Positions 11,566 to 23,915 of a DNA stretch of 64,000 nt are shown one piece after another. Source of the stretch: Mobula hypostoma (taxonomy: Eukaryota). Both the position numbers and the translations under genes were made by a program. The stretch covers positions 178,686,001 through 178,750,000 of the forward strand of contig NC_086097.1 in the NCBI RefSeq assembly GCF_963921235.1. The letters are read 5' to 3'. The notes under the pieces were generated by a model that made no database searches, was not told the DNA's origin, and saw only the letters and a list, made by a program, of their open reading frames with translations. Each line of letters opens with the position of its first letter. Within the stretch, counting starts at the first letter, position 1.

Positions 11566-12312
11566 ATGCTGGCCTGCTGTTTACCAGTTTTCTCTCATCT
11601 GTTCCACATCTCTTGTGTCATTGCCTATTCCTTCTCTGTGTCCCTGCCCACCCCTTCCTCTCAAACTCATGTCTCACTTAATCTCCAAACTTCCCTGTTC
11701 TGTTTTTATCTCGGATTTCTCTGACACCGTGATGATATCTTTCTGAGGGTTGTACTAGCAGTGCAATGCAGGAGATGAAATATTTGTTACCAGAGATGCA
11801 GGTTAACCACGGAACATTGGCTACTGCTGTGCATTTGCCTCGATAAGTTTTAAAGAAAGCATTCACTGCTAATTCCCACCGAGCTTTAACCTTGGCAAGT
11901 CTCTGCTGGGACTGTTAGCTCTTCCTGTAAATGTCTGAAAAGCTATTACTTTCATGATAAGATGAGTTGTGCTTCCAAGAATGTTGGGCTGAATCTAGGC
12001 CAGCTGCCTGATAGATGTGGTGGGATATCTTCTGGTCTTAGACTAGAGTTGTTGTTGACACTACAGATCTGCAGTAACTGCAGTAGGTGTGTGAAGTTGT
12101 TTTTATAAAACTATTGTTTAATACCAGGAAATTCAGGAGTTATTCAACACACCAAGCGTTGTTACACCTCCCGACATGTTTTCACACTGGCTATCTCCCC
12201 TCTACAGAGTCATAGAGTCATGCAGGCTCTTCAGCCCAAATAGTCCATGCTAGCCAAGGTTCCCATCTAAGCTTATCCCATTTACCCACATTTGGCCCAG
12301 ATCCCCCTAAAC

Positions 12313-14319
12313 CTGTAGATCCAACCGTTTTTGGGTTACTACCCCCTTGGCTCCCAGACCCTATGTCCGGTGCCCCCTCTCCCTTTCCACTTATTACATT
12401 AAAACTATAAGTAATTTTGATTTACAATGCACAGTGAAAGAAAATAGGAACTGCAAATTCAAAGTAGTGACAAATAATTGCAAAAGATATTCAAATCTAT
12501 TCAGAGCCACAAGTAGAATTATTTATTTCTATAATTACAATAAAAGCTATTTTCATCAACAATTGTAGAGCATGCATTAGTTGTCCAACTATTCACTACA
12601 TTGCTTTTTCACCTTTCAATGAGATGGTGGGCTTGGTGCAGTGATATCAGCTTCTCAACATCAGACTGAATATCACTTGGAAGGAGTCTCAGATCCCCAC
12701 GTTCAGTAATTTGCAGTCTGTTTCATTGCTTTGAAAAAAGTTTGGTGACTGCACTGAAACTGTGCTCCACTAAATATGATGTTGGAAAAGCAATAAAGAA
12801 CATCTTGACCTTTTTTCCACAGTGCAGGATAACGTTCAGAGATTTCTTATTGCAAATAAAAGTCTTAATTTGATTTTTTTGAACCTCAGCTTCAGCTCAA
12901 AGTCATTTTGTAGTGAGATCAGTTTTTCCTCCATCCTTCCTGTTAATTCCTCATTACAAATGTTTAGGAAAGGATTTATTACCCAATCTGGAATTTGGAT
13001 TGAGAGGGGATCCTGAAATCTCTCTGGCATGTCCTTATGCAGCTCACCAAGGTAGGGGCAGTATACTTGAAGATCATCATCTGGTATTCTTTCTTTCTCT
13101 TCTGACTCAGGGGGGCTCAGAAATTGAAAAGGTCACAATGGCCAAGGTTGCACTTAAATTGGGTTAATATGGAGACGACTGATTTGACTTTGATAAGGTT
13201 CACATAATTTCCTAGCAGTTGAAGATTGATTTCTTTAAACTTTGCAAACAATTCCGATAAATAAGCATGTCATGCCTAATATTGTTGAGTTGATTATTGA
13301 ATGAAGCATGTGAGTCTTCAAAGACTTTTATCACAGTTTCAAAAAGCACATAAAAACATCCCAGGCGGTTCCCTTTTGAGAGCCATCTGACTTCTGTGTG
13401 CAACAGCAAGCATTCAAATTGTTCATCATTCTCAACACTAAGCTCTCGAAATAGTTGAGAATTGAGAGCTTGGGACTTGATTTTATTTGCGGCTGTGATA
13501 ACTGTATTTAATAATTTGTGCAGCTGGTCACCTAGATTTTTTTACAGCAAGATGTTGTCTGTGAATTACACAACAGACACATTAGTTGCTGTTGGTTGCT
13601 TGATGCTGGTATAAATCCATATCTCAGATAATCCACACTATACTGCCTGCACTTCTTTTTCATTTGGTCTGCTTCTGCCATTTTCATTTGGATTAATGAC
13701 CACGGTCAATCACCTGTTGTTTAAGTCCAACCTCTAGTGCTGCGATCAATAAAGGGAAAGTTATGGCATCATAATAGCTCAGACAAAACCTGACTCTCTG
13801 TCTGAAGGTACTAAAGTGGGGCAGCGGTATCTCAGATGGGCCATGGTCTTGAGAAATGTGGTTTAGACCATTCGGAAGAGCAGATTCTAACCTTTAACCC
13901 ATTTATCTCCATAACCTAATTCACAGGAATTGCCATCACTGAGTGGTTAGAGTATGGGAATTGTATTAGTTAACATTGTACTATAGTAGCGAATGGCAAT
14001 AGTGCCTGAGATGGGCCTGAAATAACACAATTCTTCAGGTCAGATTTCTCATGATATGCCAACTACAGAAATGTCACATTGCTTTTCAAGAATTATAATG
14101 CACTTTGAGCAAAGTCTAAGAGAATGGTGGGTTAGCAAGGGATGAGGTGATTATGCGATCCTTATAATCAATTATGAGGCAAAGAGGATGAAATACTTAT
14201 TATAAGTAATTCATTTCTTAAATTAAGCAAGTAATCCCTCAGCTGCCCCCTTATCTGTATCAGCTCCTTAGAAACTCCTGCCCGCAAAATGGCAATATTG
14301 GCCACTTTGGGAACCACTG
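12313..14319 (-). mobile_element. hAT (Charlie/Buster; SCAND3/ZBED5-like transposase) DNA transposon, internally deleted and decayed
   Basis: LLHTEVRWLSKG (13370-13409), IPDWVINPF..LISLQND (12900-13000), FPTSYLVE (12765-12790); right TIR ccactttgggaaccactg ends at 14319; TSD ccctaaac (12305-12312) and ctctaaac (14320-14327); the CR1 tail host (12206-14370) rejoins across it. Confidence 0.88.
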
Positions 14320-14395
14320 CTCTAAACGTTTCTTATCCATGAACATAGCTATCTAAGTATCTTCAATGTTTATTTTTAATCAGTTTGTTTATTTA

Positions 14396-15785
14396 TATTT
14401 TCAGAAGGTCTTTGACAAGGTGCCGCACATGAGGCTATTTAACAAGATGTGAGCACGTGGTATTACAGGAAAGATAATAGCATGGATAGAGGATTGGCTG
14501 ACTGGCAGAAGGCAAGGAGTAGGAATAAAGGGGGCCTTCTCTGGTTGGCTGCTGGTGATTACTGGTGTTCCGCAGGTGTCTGCATTGGCACCACCTCTCT
14601 TCACGTTGTACGTCAATGATTTGGATGAAGCATTTGATAGCTTTGTGGCCAGATTTGTGAATGATACAAAGATAAGTGGAAGGGCAAAGAGTGTTGAGGA
14701 AGCAGAGAATCTGCAGAAGGACTTAAACAGAGTATGAGAATGGGCGAAGAAATAGCAGATCGAATATAGTGTAGGGAAGTGTGTGGTCATGCACATCGGT
14801 AGAAGGAATAAAGGCATAGACTATTTTCTAACCAGGGAGAAAATTCAAAAATCAGACGTGGAAAAGGACTTGGAGTCCTCATGCAGGATTCCCTGAAGGT
14901 CAACTTGCTGGTTGAGTCAGTGGTAAGGAAGTCAAATGCAATGTTGACATTCATTTTGAGAGGACTAGAACAGGAAAGCTAGGATGTAATGTTGAGGCTT
15001 TATAAGACATTGATCAGATTGCATTTAGAGTATTGTGAACAATTTGGGCCCCTTATTGAAGATGTTCTGGCATTCGAGAAGGTCCAGACAAGGTTCATGA
15101 AAATGATTTTGGGAATGAAAGGGTTAATGTATGAAGAGGTGTTTGATGGTTCTGGGCCTGTACTCACTGGAGTTTAGTCAATGAGGAGGGATTTCATTGA
15201 AACCTATTGAAGGTTGAAAAGACTGGACAGAGTGGATGTGGAGAGAATGTTTCCTATCCTGAAGCAGTCTAGGGTCAAAGGGCGCAGCCTCAGAATGAAC
15301 AACGTCCTTTTAGAACAGAGTTGAGGAGGAATTACTTTAACCAGAGGGTAGCGAATCTGTGGATCTCATTGCCAGCTGTGGAGGCCAAGTCATTTAGTAT
15401 ATTTAAAGCAGAGGTAGATAGGTTCTTAAACACGAGGAATTCTGCAGATGCTGGAAATTCAAGCAACACACATCAAAGTTACTGGTGAACACAGCAGGCC
15501 AGGCAGCATCTCTAGGAAGAGGTACAGTCGACGTTTTGGGCCAAGACCCTTCCTCACCCAAAACGTCGACTGTACCTCTTCCTAGAGATGCTGCCTGGCC
15601 TGCTGCGTTCACCAGCAACTCTGATGTGTGTTGCGTAGATAGGTTCTTGATTAGTCAGGGCATCAATTGTTACAGGGAGAAGGCAGGAGAATGGGGTTGA
15701 GAGGGATAATAAATCACACATGATGGAATGGTGGAGCAGACCCAGTGGGGCAAATGGCCTATTTCTGCTCCTATGTCTTATGGGA
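14396..15785 (+). mobile_element. CR1 LINE RT/3' fragment, moderately decayed
   Basis: FQK.FDKVPH, GVPQVS.L.P.LF, LHLEYCEQF motifs and 3' UTR; interrupted at 15428-15634. Confidence 0.88.
15428..15634. mobile_element. PLE fold-back (hairpin) insertion with 14-bp TSD
   Basis: 78-bp arms 15463-15540 and 15557-15634 with 3 mismatches and a 16-nt loop; gtagataggttctt at 15414-15427 and 15635-15648. Confidence 0.9.
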
Positions 15786-16019
15786 AGTGTTGGAACTGGA
15801 TTTGGAATTAGAATTGGTTTATATTGTTACATGTACAGGTACCAAGATAGACTGAAAAACTTGAATTGCGCTTTTCAATATTGATAAAATCATTCTAAAG
15901 TGCACTGAGACAGCACATGGTAGGACAATAGAGAGTTCAAAATGAAGTGTAGCACCTACAGTGGAAATGCAGTCCAGGTGAAGAGTAAGGTACAAGATCA
16001 TAACCAGGTAAACACAGCA

Positions 16020-16280
16020 GAGGCTCAAGGGAGATCTGAGAGAAATTCATAAGATTATGAAAGGAATAGAGATGTCCAGCAAAGATAGGCAGCTGGTATC
16101 TTTTACCAGGGACAAAATATCTCAAACTGGAGGGCATGCATTTAAGATGAGAAGGGGAAAGTTCAAAGGAAATGTGCATGGCAGGTTTTGTTTTACACGG
16201 AGAGTGGTGCTTGCCTGCAGTGCGCTGCCAGGGGTATTGCTGGAGGTAGAGATTGCAGAGGTATTTAAGAGGTTTTAGAT
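16020..16280 (+). mobile_element. CR1 3' fragment, preceded by a Rex1-type tail (15800-16010, minus)
   Basis: TGGHAFKMRRGKFKG..FTRRVV..LP..FKR. Confidence 0.65.
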
Positions 16281-16282
16281 TT

Positions 16283-16719
16283 TATTTATTTATTTATTCA
16301 TTTATTTAGTGATATAGCACGGAGTAATTCATTCGAGCCACACCGCCCCAGTAACCACACAACTCCTATTAACCATTACCTAGTCATGGGGCAATTTATA
16401 ATAACCAATTAACCTACCTAGTATCACAAGCAAGAGAAAATCTGCAGGTGTTGGAAATCCAAGCAACACACACTAAATGCTGGAGGAACTCAGCAGGCCT
16501 GGCAGTATCAATGGAAAAGCGTACAGTCGAAGTTTTGGGCCGAGACCCTTCAGCAGGACGAGACCCTTTTGGGCCGAGAGCACCCGGGAAATCCCCACGC
16601 ATTCCACAGGGAGGACGTACAGACACTCCTCACAGAACGCCGCTGGAATTGAACTCCGAACTCCGGAACACTGGGAGATGTAGTAGCGTTATGCTAACCG
16701 CAAGGCTACCGTGGTGCCC
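16283..16719 (-). mobile_element. tRNA-derived V-SINE (HE1-like)
   Basis: Minus strand starts gggcaccacggtagccttgcggttagc (A-box region), then ggagttcaattcc (B-box), V core gtacgtcctccctgtggaatgcgtgggg..gggtgctc, and a (taaa)n tail. Confidence 0.8.
16424..16578 (-). mobile_element. PLE 3' terminus nested in the SINE
   Basis: caagagaaaatctgcagg..ctggaggaactcagcagg..agtcgaagttttgggccgagacccttcagcaggac plus scrambled duplicated pieces at the junction. Confidence 0.8.
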
Positions 16720-16799
16720 ATATAGGCACACGGATGTACAGGGGATGGTAGTGTCAGCAAAAAGGAGTGGTCTTGTTAATTTGGCTTGGTACAGCAACG

Positions 16800-17290
16800 A
16801 CTCTGTACATGACTGCGTGAAACTGCAGAGAAATGTGGACACAGTTCAGGGCATCGTGAAAAGCAGCCTCCCCTCTATGGACTCTGTCTACATTTCTCAC
16901 TGCCTCAGTAAAGCAGCTAACATAATCAAAGACCCTATTCACCCCAGACATTCTCCCTTCTCCCTTTTTCCATCAGGCAAAAGATACAAAACCCTAAAAG
17001 CACATACCGCCAGGCTCAAGGACAACTTCTGTCCTGCCGTTATCAGACCAGACTCTTGAATGTTCTTGTACGATAAGGACCTCACAATCTACTTCACTAT
17101 GATCCTACACTTCATCGTTTACCTGCACTGCTCTTATTCTGCACTCCTTACACTTTATTCTGCAATGTTATTGTTTTACCTCGTCCGAGCTCAGCGTACA
17201 GTGTAATGATTTGATCTGTATAGACAGTAGGCAAGAAAAGATTTTCACTGTATCTCGGTACATGTGACAATGATAAACCAAAACCAAACT
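16800..17290 (+). mobile_element. Rex1/Babar-type 3' fragment
   Basis: KLQRNVDTVQ..CLSKAANIIKDPIHP..PSGKRYK..TARLKDNF. Confidence 0.8.
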
Positions 17291-17839
17291 GTTTTGGGCC
17301 AAAGAGCCTGTCTTGTACGTTCTATGTTCTTGTTTTCTATGTACGACCTTGTGACTGTAGAACAAAGACAACTCTGTCCATGGATGCTTTACAGCTCTAC
17401 AACATCCCAAATGTTTTACAACTATTACACACTGGGATTTATGTTGAATTTGTGCAAAAATGTGGTTGAGTGGCTGGTGCACATTTGATAGCCTAAAGGA
17501 ACTGTTTTACTACAGTATCCTTGAATGATAGAAGACAGCATAAGGTGAAAATAGGACCCTATATAATACTGCCTCTGAAATCAGGAAACTTTCAAACCTA
17601 TCTTGAAATAATAATGAGACCATTAAAAATGTTAAAACTGTTAAAATGTAAAATAAATTCAAACAGCGCTTAAAATAATTTATAGCCTTTAAGCAAAATC
17701 AATTAATTTGAAAAAAAGTAAAATATTGGTATTCTATTATTGTGATTAAAATTGATTTTAATTTTTTGCTGTGCTTAATTTTCTAGAAATTCTCAATGGT
17801 CTTAATTAGCTTGAATTTGGGATTGCTTAATGGGTAGAA

Positions 17840-19140
17840 AAGTGAAAGTCAAGAAGGAGGAAGTGTTAGAAACATTAGGGTGGATAAATGTCCTGGGACA
17901 GACATGATCTAGCTCAGGATGCTAGGGGCAGCAAGGGAAGAGGTTGCTGGGGCTCTGATGGAGATTCTTGTACCTTTGTTAACTGCAGATGAAGTACCAG
18001 AAGAGTGCAGGATAGCTAATGTTGTACCGTTGTACAGAGAAGGCAGACAGAATAAACATGCAAACAGTAAGCTGGTGAGCCTTATATTAGGTTTTTCGAG
18101 AAGATTGTGAGGAACAGGATTTTTCTTCACCTAGAAAGGCAGAAACTGGTCAGGAGGGGGTCAGCAGGATTTTATGCCAAGCCGATCATGTCTTACAAAT
18201 CTGATTGAGCTTTTCTGAGGAAGTTATTAAGTAAATTGATGAAGGCAGCTTGATTGGCGTGGCTTATAAGGACATAAGCAAGGCCTTTGACAAGGTTTTG
18301 TAAAGTAGGATAGTCCCAAAGTTTAGGTTTAACACACATGAAATCTGAAGTGTGTCGGCAAACTGGATCCAAATTAGATGTCGGAACCTTTGCTGTTTAC
18401 AATATATATATAAATGATGCAGATGGGACTGTAGGTGATCTGATTAGCAAGTCTGCAGATGATATGAAAATTGTTGGAGTCATAGATGGCCAGGAAGGTT
18501 GTCCAAGGGTTCGGCAGAGTACAGGGCAACTGGAAAGTTGGCTGAAGTGTTGGCAGATGGAAGTTAATCCAAACAAATGTGTGGTGATGCACTTTGTGAA
18601 GTCAGATTCTGGAAGACATATGGAATAAATGTAAGGAACCTTAGGAGTGCTGATATACAAGGGAACCAGTGGATAGCTCAGGTGGAAAGGGTGGTGAAGA
18701 AGGCATTTAGTCTGCTACAGGCCAAGGCATTCACTATAAGAGTTGGAACATCGTGTTGCAACCATACAAAACATTGGTCAGCTGGACTTAGAAATGGTTG
18801 CCACACTGGTGTGGTAGCACACAGAGAGGGCAGAGGAGATTCCATGAGATGTTGCCTGGAATAAAAGGCTGTAATTGTAAGGACAGGCTGAATTTGTTCT
18901 CTGTGGAATACAGAGAGCTGAGGGGTGAACTTAAACAGGCTTATAAGTTTTTGAAGGTCATAGATAGAATAGTCAGTCATTTTACCTGGGTAGAGAAGTT
19001 TAAAACTAGAGGGCACAAGTTTGAGGTAAGAGGGGTCATATGTATGGGGACCAGCAGGTGGTGATTGTATCGAATGAGCTGCCAGAGGAAGTGGTAGAGG
19101 AAGGTGTAATTACAATGGTTAAAAGATATTTGGACAGGTA
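17840..19140 (+). mobile_element. Old CR1 ORF2 RT fragment
   Basis: EVPEECRIANVVPL, SKAFDKV, SKSADDMKI, WQMEVNPNKC, TRGHKF motifs. Confidence 0.8.
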
Positions 19141-19554
19141 CAGGAGCTTCCTGTATTACAAATAAACTGACATATGAAAATATTGCTTTAAGCAAATTCT
19201 CCCATACATTTGTAAAGCATTTTTCATATTATTAATATAATAATGAAATGTGTCATGGCATTCATGAATAGCTAAATACTGTAAGTTTTCCATTAATATG
19301 ACTGTGGGTGATTATTCAATGAAATGAAAGATTTATAGTAAGTGTATGTATGGTGAGCTGTAGTAAATGGGCATTACTGACACGGAAAAATCACTTTATG
19401 ATTAGTTCTCAGGAATGGAACTCTTATGTAACCTGGGGACTGCTGTACTTAGGTTGGAAAGTACACTGGGATATGGGTCTAATGTGGACAAATGAGATTA
19501 GTGCAGATAGACACTATGGGTGCATAGATCTGTGCTAAATGATACTATATTTCT

Positions 19555-19962
19555 AGTCATAGTCATAGTCATTCTTTATTAATCCCGGGGGAAATTGGTT
19601 TTCGTTACAGTTGCTCCATAAATAATAAATAGTAATAGAACCATAAATAGTTAAATATGTAAATTATGCCAGTAAATTATGAAGTAAGTCCAGGACCAGC
19701 CTATTGGCTCAGGGTGTCTGACCCTCCAAGGGAGGAGTTGTAAAGTTTGATAGCCACAGGCAGGAATGATTTCCTATGACGCTCAGTGTTGCATCTCGGT
19801 GGAATGAGTCTCTGGCTGAATGTACTCCTGTGCCCAACCAGTACATTATGTAGTGGATGGGAGACATTGTCCAAGATGGCATGCAACTTAGACAGCATCC
19901 TCTTTTCAGACACCACCGTGAGAGAGTCCAGTTCCATCCCCACAACATCACTGGCCGTACGA
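19555..19962 (-). mobile_element. Young Rex1/Babar-type 3' fragment with (ATGACT)n tail
   Basis: Uninterrupted LDNVSHPLH..RCNTERHRKSFLPVAIKLYNSS; (agtcat)3 at 19555-19572. Confidence 0.8.
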
Positions 19963-20061
19963 ATGACACTATTGATAACTTTGAAATATTCAGGCTGTAA
20001 TTGTGTTCTCCGCAGCGGTAGGTCTTTACTCCGGGGAACGTAGGGAATGAGCAGTGACCTT

Positions 20062-20395
20062 TAAATTATGAGAGGATGGTAACTGTCTTTTCCCCAGGAT
20101 AGTGGAGTACAAGACTAGAGGGCACAGGTTAAGGGTGAGAGGAGAAAGATTTAGAAGGAACTTGGGGCAACTTTTTCACACAGAGGCTGGTGAGTATATG
20201 GAATGAGCTGCCGGAGGAAGTGGTTGAGGCAGATAAAATAGTGTCATTTAAGAAGCACTTGGGTGGGTACATGGAGGGGCACGGATTAAAGAGAAATAAA
20301 CCAAATGCAGGAAACTGGGACTAGCTGGACTGGTGTGGACTGATTGGACCCGAAGGGACTGTAATCCGCTGTGTTGCTCAATGACCATATGACCT
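20062..20395 (+). mobile_element. CR1 3' fragment
   Basis: actagagggcacagg..tttttcacacagagg..tggaatgagctgccggagg. Confidence 0.75.
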
Positions 20396-20989
20396 GCACA
20401 GGGCCAGGGTCTTGATTATTTACCATACAACTGTGTTCTTGACTGCATAGAGCGTATGATCTAAGTGCAGTGGGGAAGTGAATTGTGAACTGTATCTACA
20501 GGGATAACAGGTACACTATAAAGAAATGGACAGTAAAGTTGTAAATGGAGTTTAATGCAAAATGATAGAGTGACAAAACAGAATATGGTTTACATAGGGA
20601 CAACCTGGGCAGTGTTGCCATTGTTGGGACTGTGTACTCAGAGTTAACATGTAGACACTGCAAGCAGTTGGAGGTAAATTGGCTACTCAATTCCATTGCA
20701 GAGGGCATTGGGATGTGAGAGTATGGGACATGGGGAGGAGACAATTCTGCCCCACCAACCTGTTCTACCTCTCAGTGATCTGTAACTGAACTCCCTGACC
20801 CAACATTCTCCCCACACATCTAGGGAGAATTGTACTCCATATAAGTTAAAAGCTGACTTGATGATTAGATTAAAGTTTTCGAGGGGTTCTTTCAAACCTG
20901 TTTGGGCAGGGGGGACAAAAGATTTCCAGTGGGCAGCGAGCCAACTCAAATTAAGTCAACTCGTGTTTATTATCAGATGCAGTATATAT

Positions 20990-21180
20990 ACTGTATGTTT
21001 TTTATCTGCCAGAGCAACTTCACGTCTTCTTTTAACCCTCCTGGTTTCCCTCTGAAGTGCTGTCTTGCATTTCTTATACTCCTTGGGTGCCTTAGTTGTT
21101 CCTATGATATGCACATACTTTTTCTTTCTCTGAAGCATAGCCTCAAAATCTCTCAAAAACCAAGGTTCCCTAAACCTGTT
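20990..21180 (-). mobile_element. CR1 ORF2 linker fragment
   Basis: EYKKCK.ALQRETRRVKRRREVALAD resembles EYKKCKKILKKEIRRAKRRYEVALA at 5300-5375. Confidence 0.65.
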
Positions 21181-21199
21181 AGCTTTTCTTCCATCAATT

Positions 21200-21525
21200 C
21201 ATTACAACAGTGTGTCGAGGCAGTTGAAGGGAATACAATAACAGAGTGAAGAATTAATATTACCGTTACAAAGAAAACCCAGTGCACGCAGAAGGTGGCA
21301 ACATAGATTATGTAAGGTTAAGAGTTTATCTTATCGTACGAGAGGACCATTCTATAGTCTTATAACAGTGGGGTTAGAAGCTGTATTTTTTTGCCTGATG
21401 GGAGGGGGAGAAGGGAGAATGTGTGGGGTGAGTGGGATCTTTGATTATTTTGCCTGCTTTTCCAAGGCGGTAACAAGAATAAACTAAGTCTGAGACATGG
21501 TGAGTGAGCAGAGTACACAGTTTCC
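21200..21525 (-). mobile_element. Rex1/Babar-type 3' fragment
   Basis: LGKAGKIIKDPTHPTHS in ORF 21374-21604. Confidence 0.65.
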
Positions 21526-21604
21526 CTGACCACTGGTATTGGTTTGTCTTTCTCTCCACTCTATCAGGTCTGAAATAATCCCTTGAAAACTTTAATCTAC
21601 TCAC

Positions 21605-22080
21605 TGTTACGAACTGTAACGTTGTCGAAACAAACCAGCAGCAAGAGATTTCACACGGTCAGGTTTTAATGTTAAAACCACTATCTTTATTAGTATCTAC
21701 TTATAATATAGAACTCAATTAAGATAAAAGTTAAGTGTTATGTGTATATATGTGTGTAAGTATAACTCCGAAACTATTGAGTTTGGGGGAACAAGGTTTA
21801 GAGTCTTGAGATGGTAAAGTAGGAATGTTCAGTAATCCACGAAATAAATGAATGGAGAGAGATATTTTGTAATCCACGTTGTAATGGAGAGGGAAGGTAA
21901 GTACGAAGTATTCCACAGGTTCCACGAGATAACAGTCGCCGTAGGTCTTGTCTGTCATGATGTTACAAATTATCACCGAAAGTGACCTGTCACAGGAATA
22001 TCGTCTTCCAGTAGTTACCACACAACATACCCAGGCAAGGGTTAACACAAGTGGTCCCACAACTTGGTTCCTAACTTACA
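21605..22080 (-). mobile_element. Probable partial LTR (Gypsy-like solo LTR remnant)
   Basis: Begins abruptly with tgttac inside an old CR1 fragment; minus-strand AATAAA near 21686; CpG-richer than the flanks; the other terminus was not found. Confidence 0.4.
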
Positions 22081-22267
22081 TGAGGCCCAACTGTGTATGC
22101 GACAATCTCCCCTCCCTCGCCTGGTTCCATCTTGTCCTTCATCTCCCTCTCACTGGTTCCACCTTGACAAACCTTATCATTCTCAGATCTATGATTAACA
22201 AATTGTTGTCAGTATAGGAGAGATTTCCAACTTACTCTCAATTCTGTGTGGAGAAGTCTTTCCAAAG

Positions 22268-22640
22268 CTTGGAGCATAAGAGTCTAAGGGACAATTTTAT
22301 AGAGAGGTATAGAACCATGAAGGGCATTGAAAGGGTGAATGTGCACAATCTTTTTCTCAGGGTTGGGGAATCAAGAACTAAAGGGGAGGGGAAAGATTGA
22401 CTAGGAAGCTGAGGGACCCAGAAGATGGTCTGTATATGCAACAAGCCAGCAGAGGAAGTGATCGAGGCAGGTTCAATAACAGTATTTAAAAGCCATTTGG
22501 ACAGCTACATGGATAGGAAAGGTCTTGAGGGATATGGGCCAAACATCAGCAGATTGAACCTGGTTGGACAGGCATCTTGTTCGACGTGAACCACTTAGGC
22601 CGAAGGTTCTGTTTCTGTGCTGAGTAACCCTATGACTCCG
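22268..22640 (+). mobile_element. CR1 3' fragment
   Basis: tttatagagaggtatagaaccatgaagggc..tacatggatagg..gagggatatgggcc. Confidence 0.7.
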
Positions 22641-23214
22641 TATCCTCACTCTTCAGTTTGTGAACTCTGCACATTCTCACCTCACCTCCCACTGTGTCCG
22701 AGACTCTCTGGTCAATGGAAATGGTTTGTCTTTCTCTCTATCCCATAAAGTCTGTTGTAATCCCATGAAAACTTTAATCTAATCACAAGTCACCTTCTAA
22801 ATTACAGAGTGAACAACTGTGTAACCCACCCTTTGCAATTCAGGAGCTGGAAACCAGATGTCATTCTGGTCAACACTCCCTCTGAGTCTGATCTCCTTCC
22901 TCTATTTACATGCTTGGGCTTTGAATAGTTTCCAGGTGTGTGGTCTAACCAGAGCTTCATATAATTGGGGTTTAACCGCTGGGACTGCCATGACGTTACT
23001 ACAATCTGTGCACTGGACTCGAGTTTCTTTGAACCTTCTCTATTGCTGGCTTTTTATACAATTAGTGAATGCCTTTTTCTCTTCGTTTTTGGTCCAAAGT
23101 GGTTGATTCATTGTTTCCCTTAGTCTGTGGATTTTCCATTTATATCTCAGTAATTTAATGCATCCACCTACACTGCTTACAGCTACCTTTGTCTCAGCAG
23201 AAAACTATCAAATA

Positions 23215-23500
23215 TTTTCACAGGGATAGGGAGAAAAAAACAAGAGCACCCACTGTAGGTTTACGGTGAGAGGGGAAGGTTTTAAAAGTGATCTGAGGGA
23301 CAATATTTTTCACACAGAGGATGGCCCCTATGTGGAACAAGCTGCCAGGGAAAGTTGTTGAAGCAATATTTTAAGAAGTTTTGGGGCAGAGAGATCTGGG
23401 CCTAATGTGGGAAAAGGGACTAGCATGGTGTCACTTGGTTGGCATGGACCATTTGGGCCAAAGAGCCACCTTCCACACTGTATGACTCCATGACTCTGTG
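23215..23500 (+). mobile_element. CR1 3' fragment
   Basis: gtgagaggggaaggttttaaaagtgatctgagg..tggaacaagctgccagg..tatgactccatgactc tail. Confidence 0.7.
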
Positions 23501-23609
23501 GCTTAAGGTTTTCTATCCCGTATGTGAGCAGATGATAAGTATACTCACTGAAACATCAGCTGGTTAGAGCACAGAACCCACTGGGTAGGTGGGCCAAATA
23601 CAAAACCAG

Positions 23610-23915
23610 TTCAGCCTGTCCCATTCCTATCACCTATTACCTATAAGCCTCTGTCTCAACACTCAGTCACTCTGCCCTCCCTCATCTGGTAATCTGCCCA
23701 TCATTCCCGTCTTATCTGGCTCCATCCATCATCTACTCACCCCTCCCCTCCCACTTCTGTGTACTGGCTATCTTCTCTCTGTGCTCTCAGCCCTGAGGCA
23801 GGATCTCAGCCCAAAACGTTGACCATCCTTTTCTCCACAGGTGCTGTTCAACCCTCTGGTTCCTCCGGCAGGTTGTTTGTTGTTCCAGGTTCCAACATCT
23901 ATAGTCCCTTGTGGC
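23610..23915 (+). mobile_element. Old PLE 3' region
   Basis: Pyrimidine tract, then ccctgaggcaggatctcagcccaaaacgttgac (decayed hammerhead) and ttcctccggcagg..ttccaacatct terminus. Confidence 0.6.

Noticed and set aside
11728..11748. gtgatga..ctga resembling C/D snoRNA boxes
   Set aside because: The boxes are only a few bases apart, leaving no room for a guide region
12620..13580. Possible domesticated ZBED/SCAND3 host gene
   Set aside because: Multiple stops and frameshifts, and the TIR/TSD are retained, so it is a dead transposon
16640..16719. tRNA-like A/B boxes
   Set aside because: SINE head joined to a V-domain, not a tRNA gene
16448..17059. 203-aa ORF
   Set aside because: Fortuitous read-through across PLE, SINE, CR1 and Rex1 fragments
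17590..17820. AT-rich tract with short inverted repeats
   Set aside because: Matches are short, imperfect and expected at this AT content
20840..22800. Three similar aaaactttaatcta segments (about 20860, 21580, 22770) suggesting local duplication or inversion
   Set aside because: Best explained as separate remnants of one old CR1 family (D.IKVF motif)
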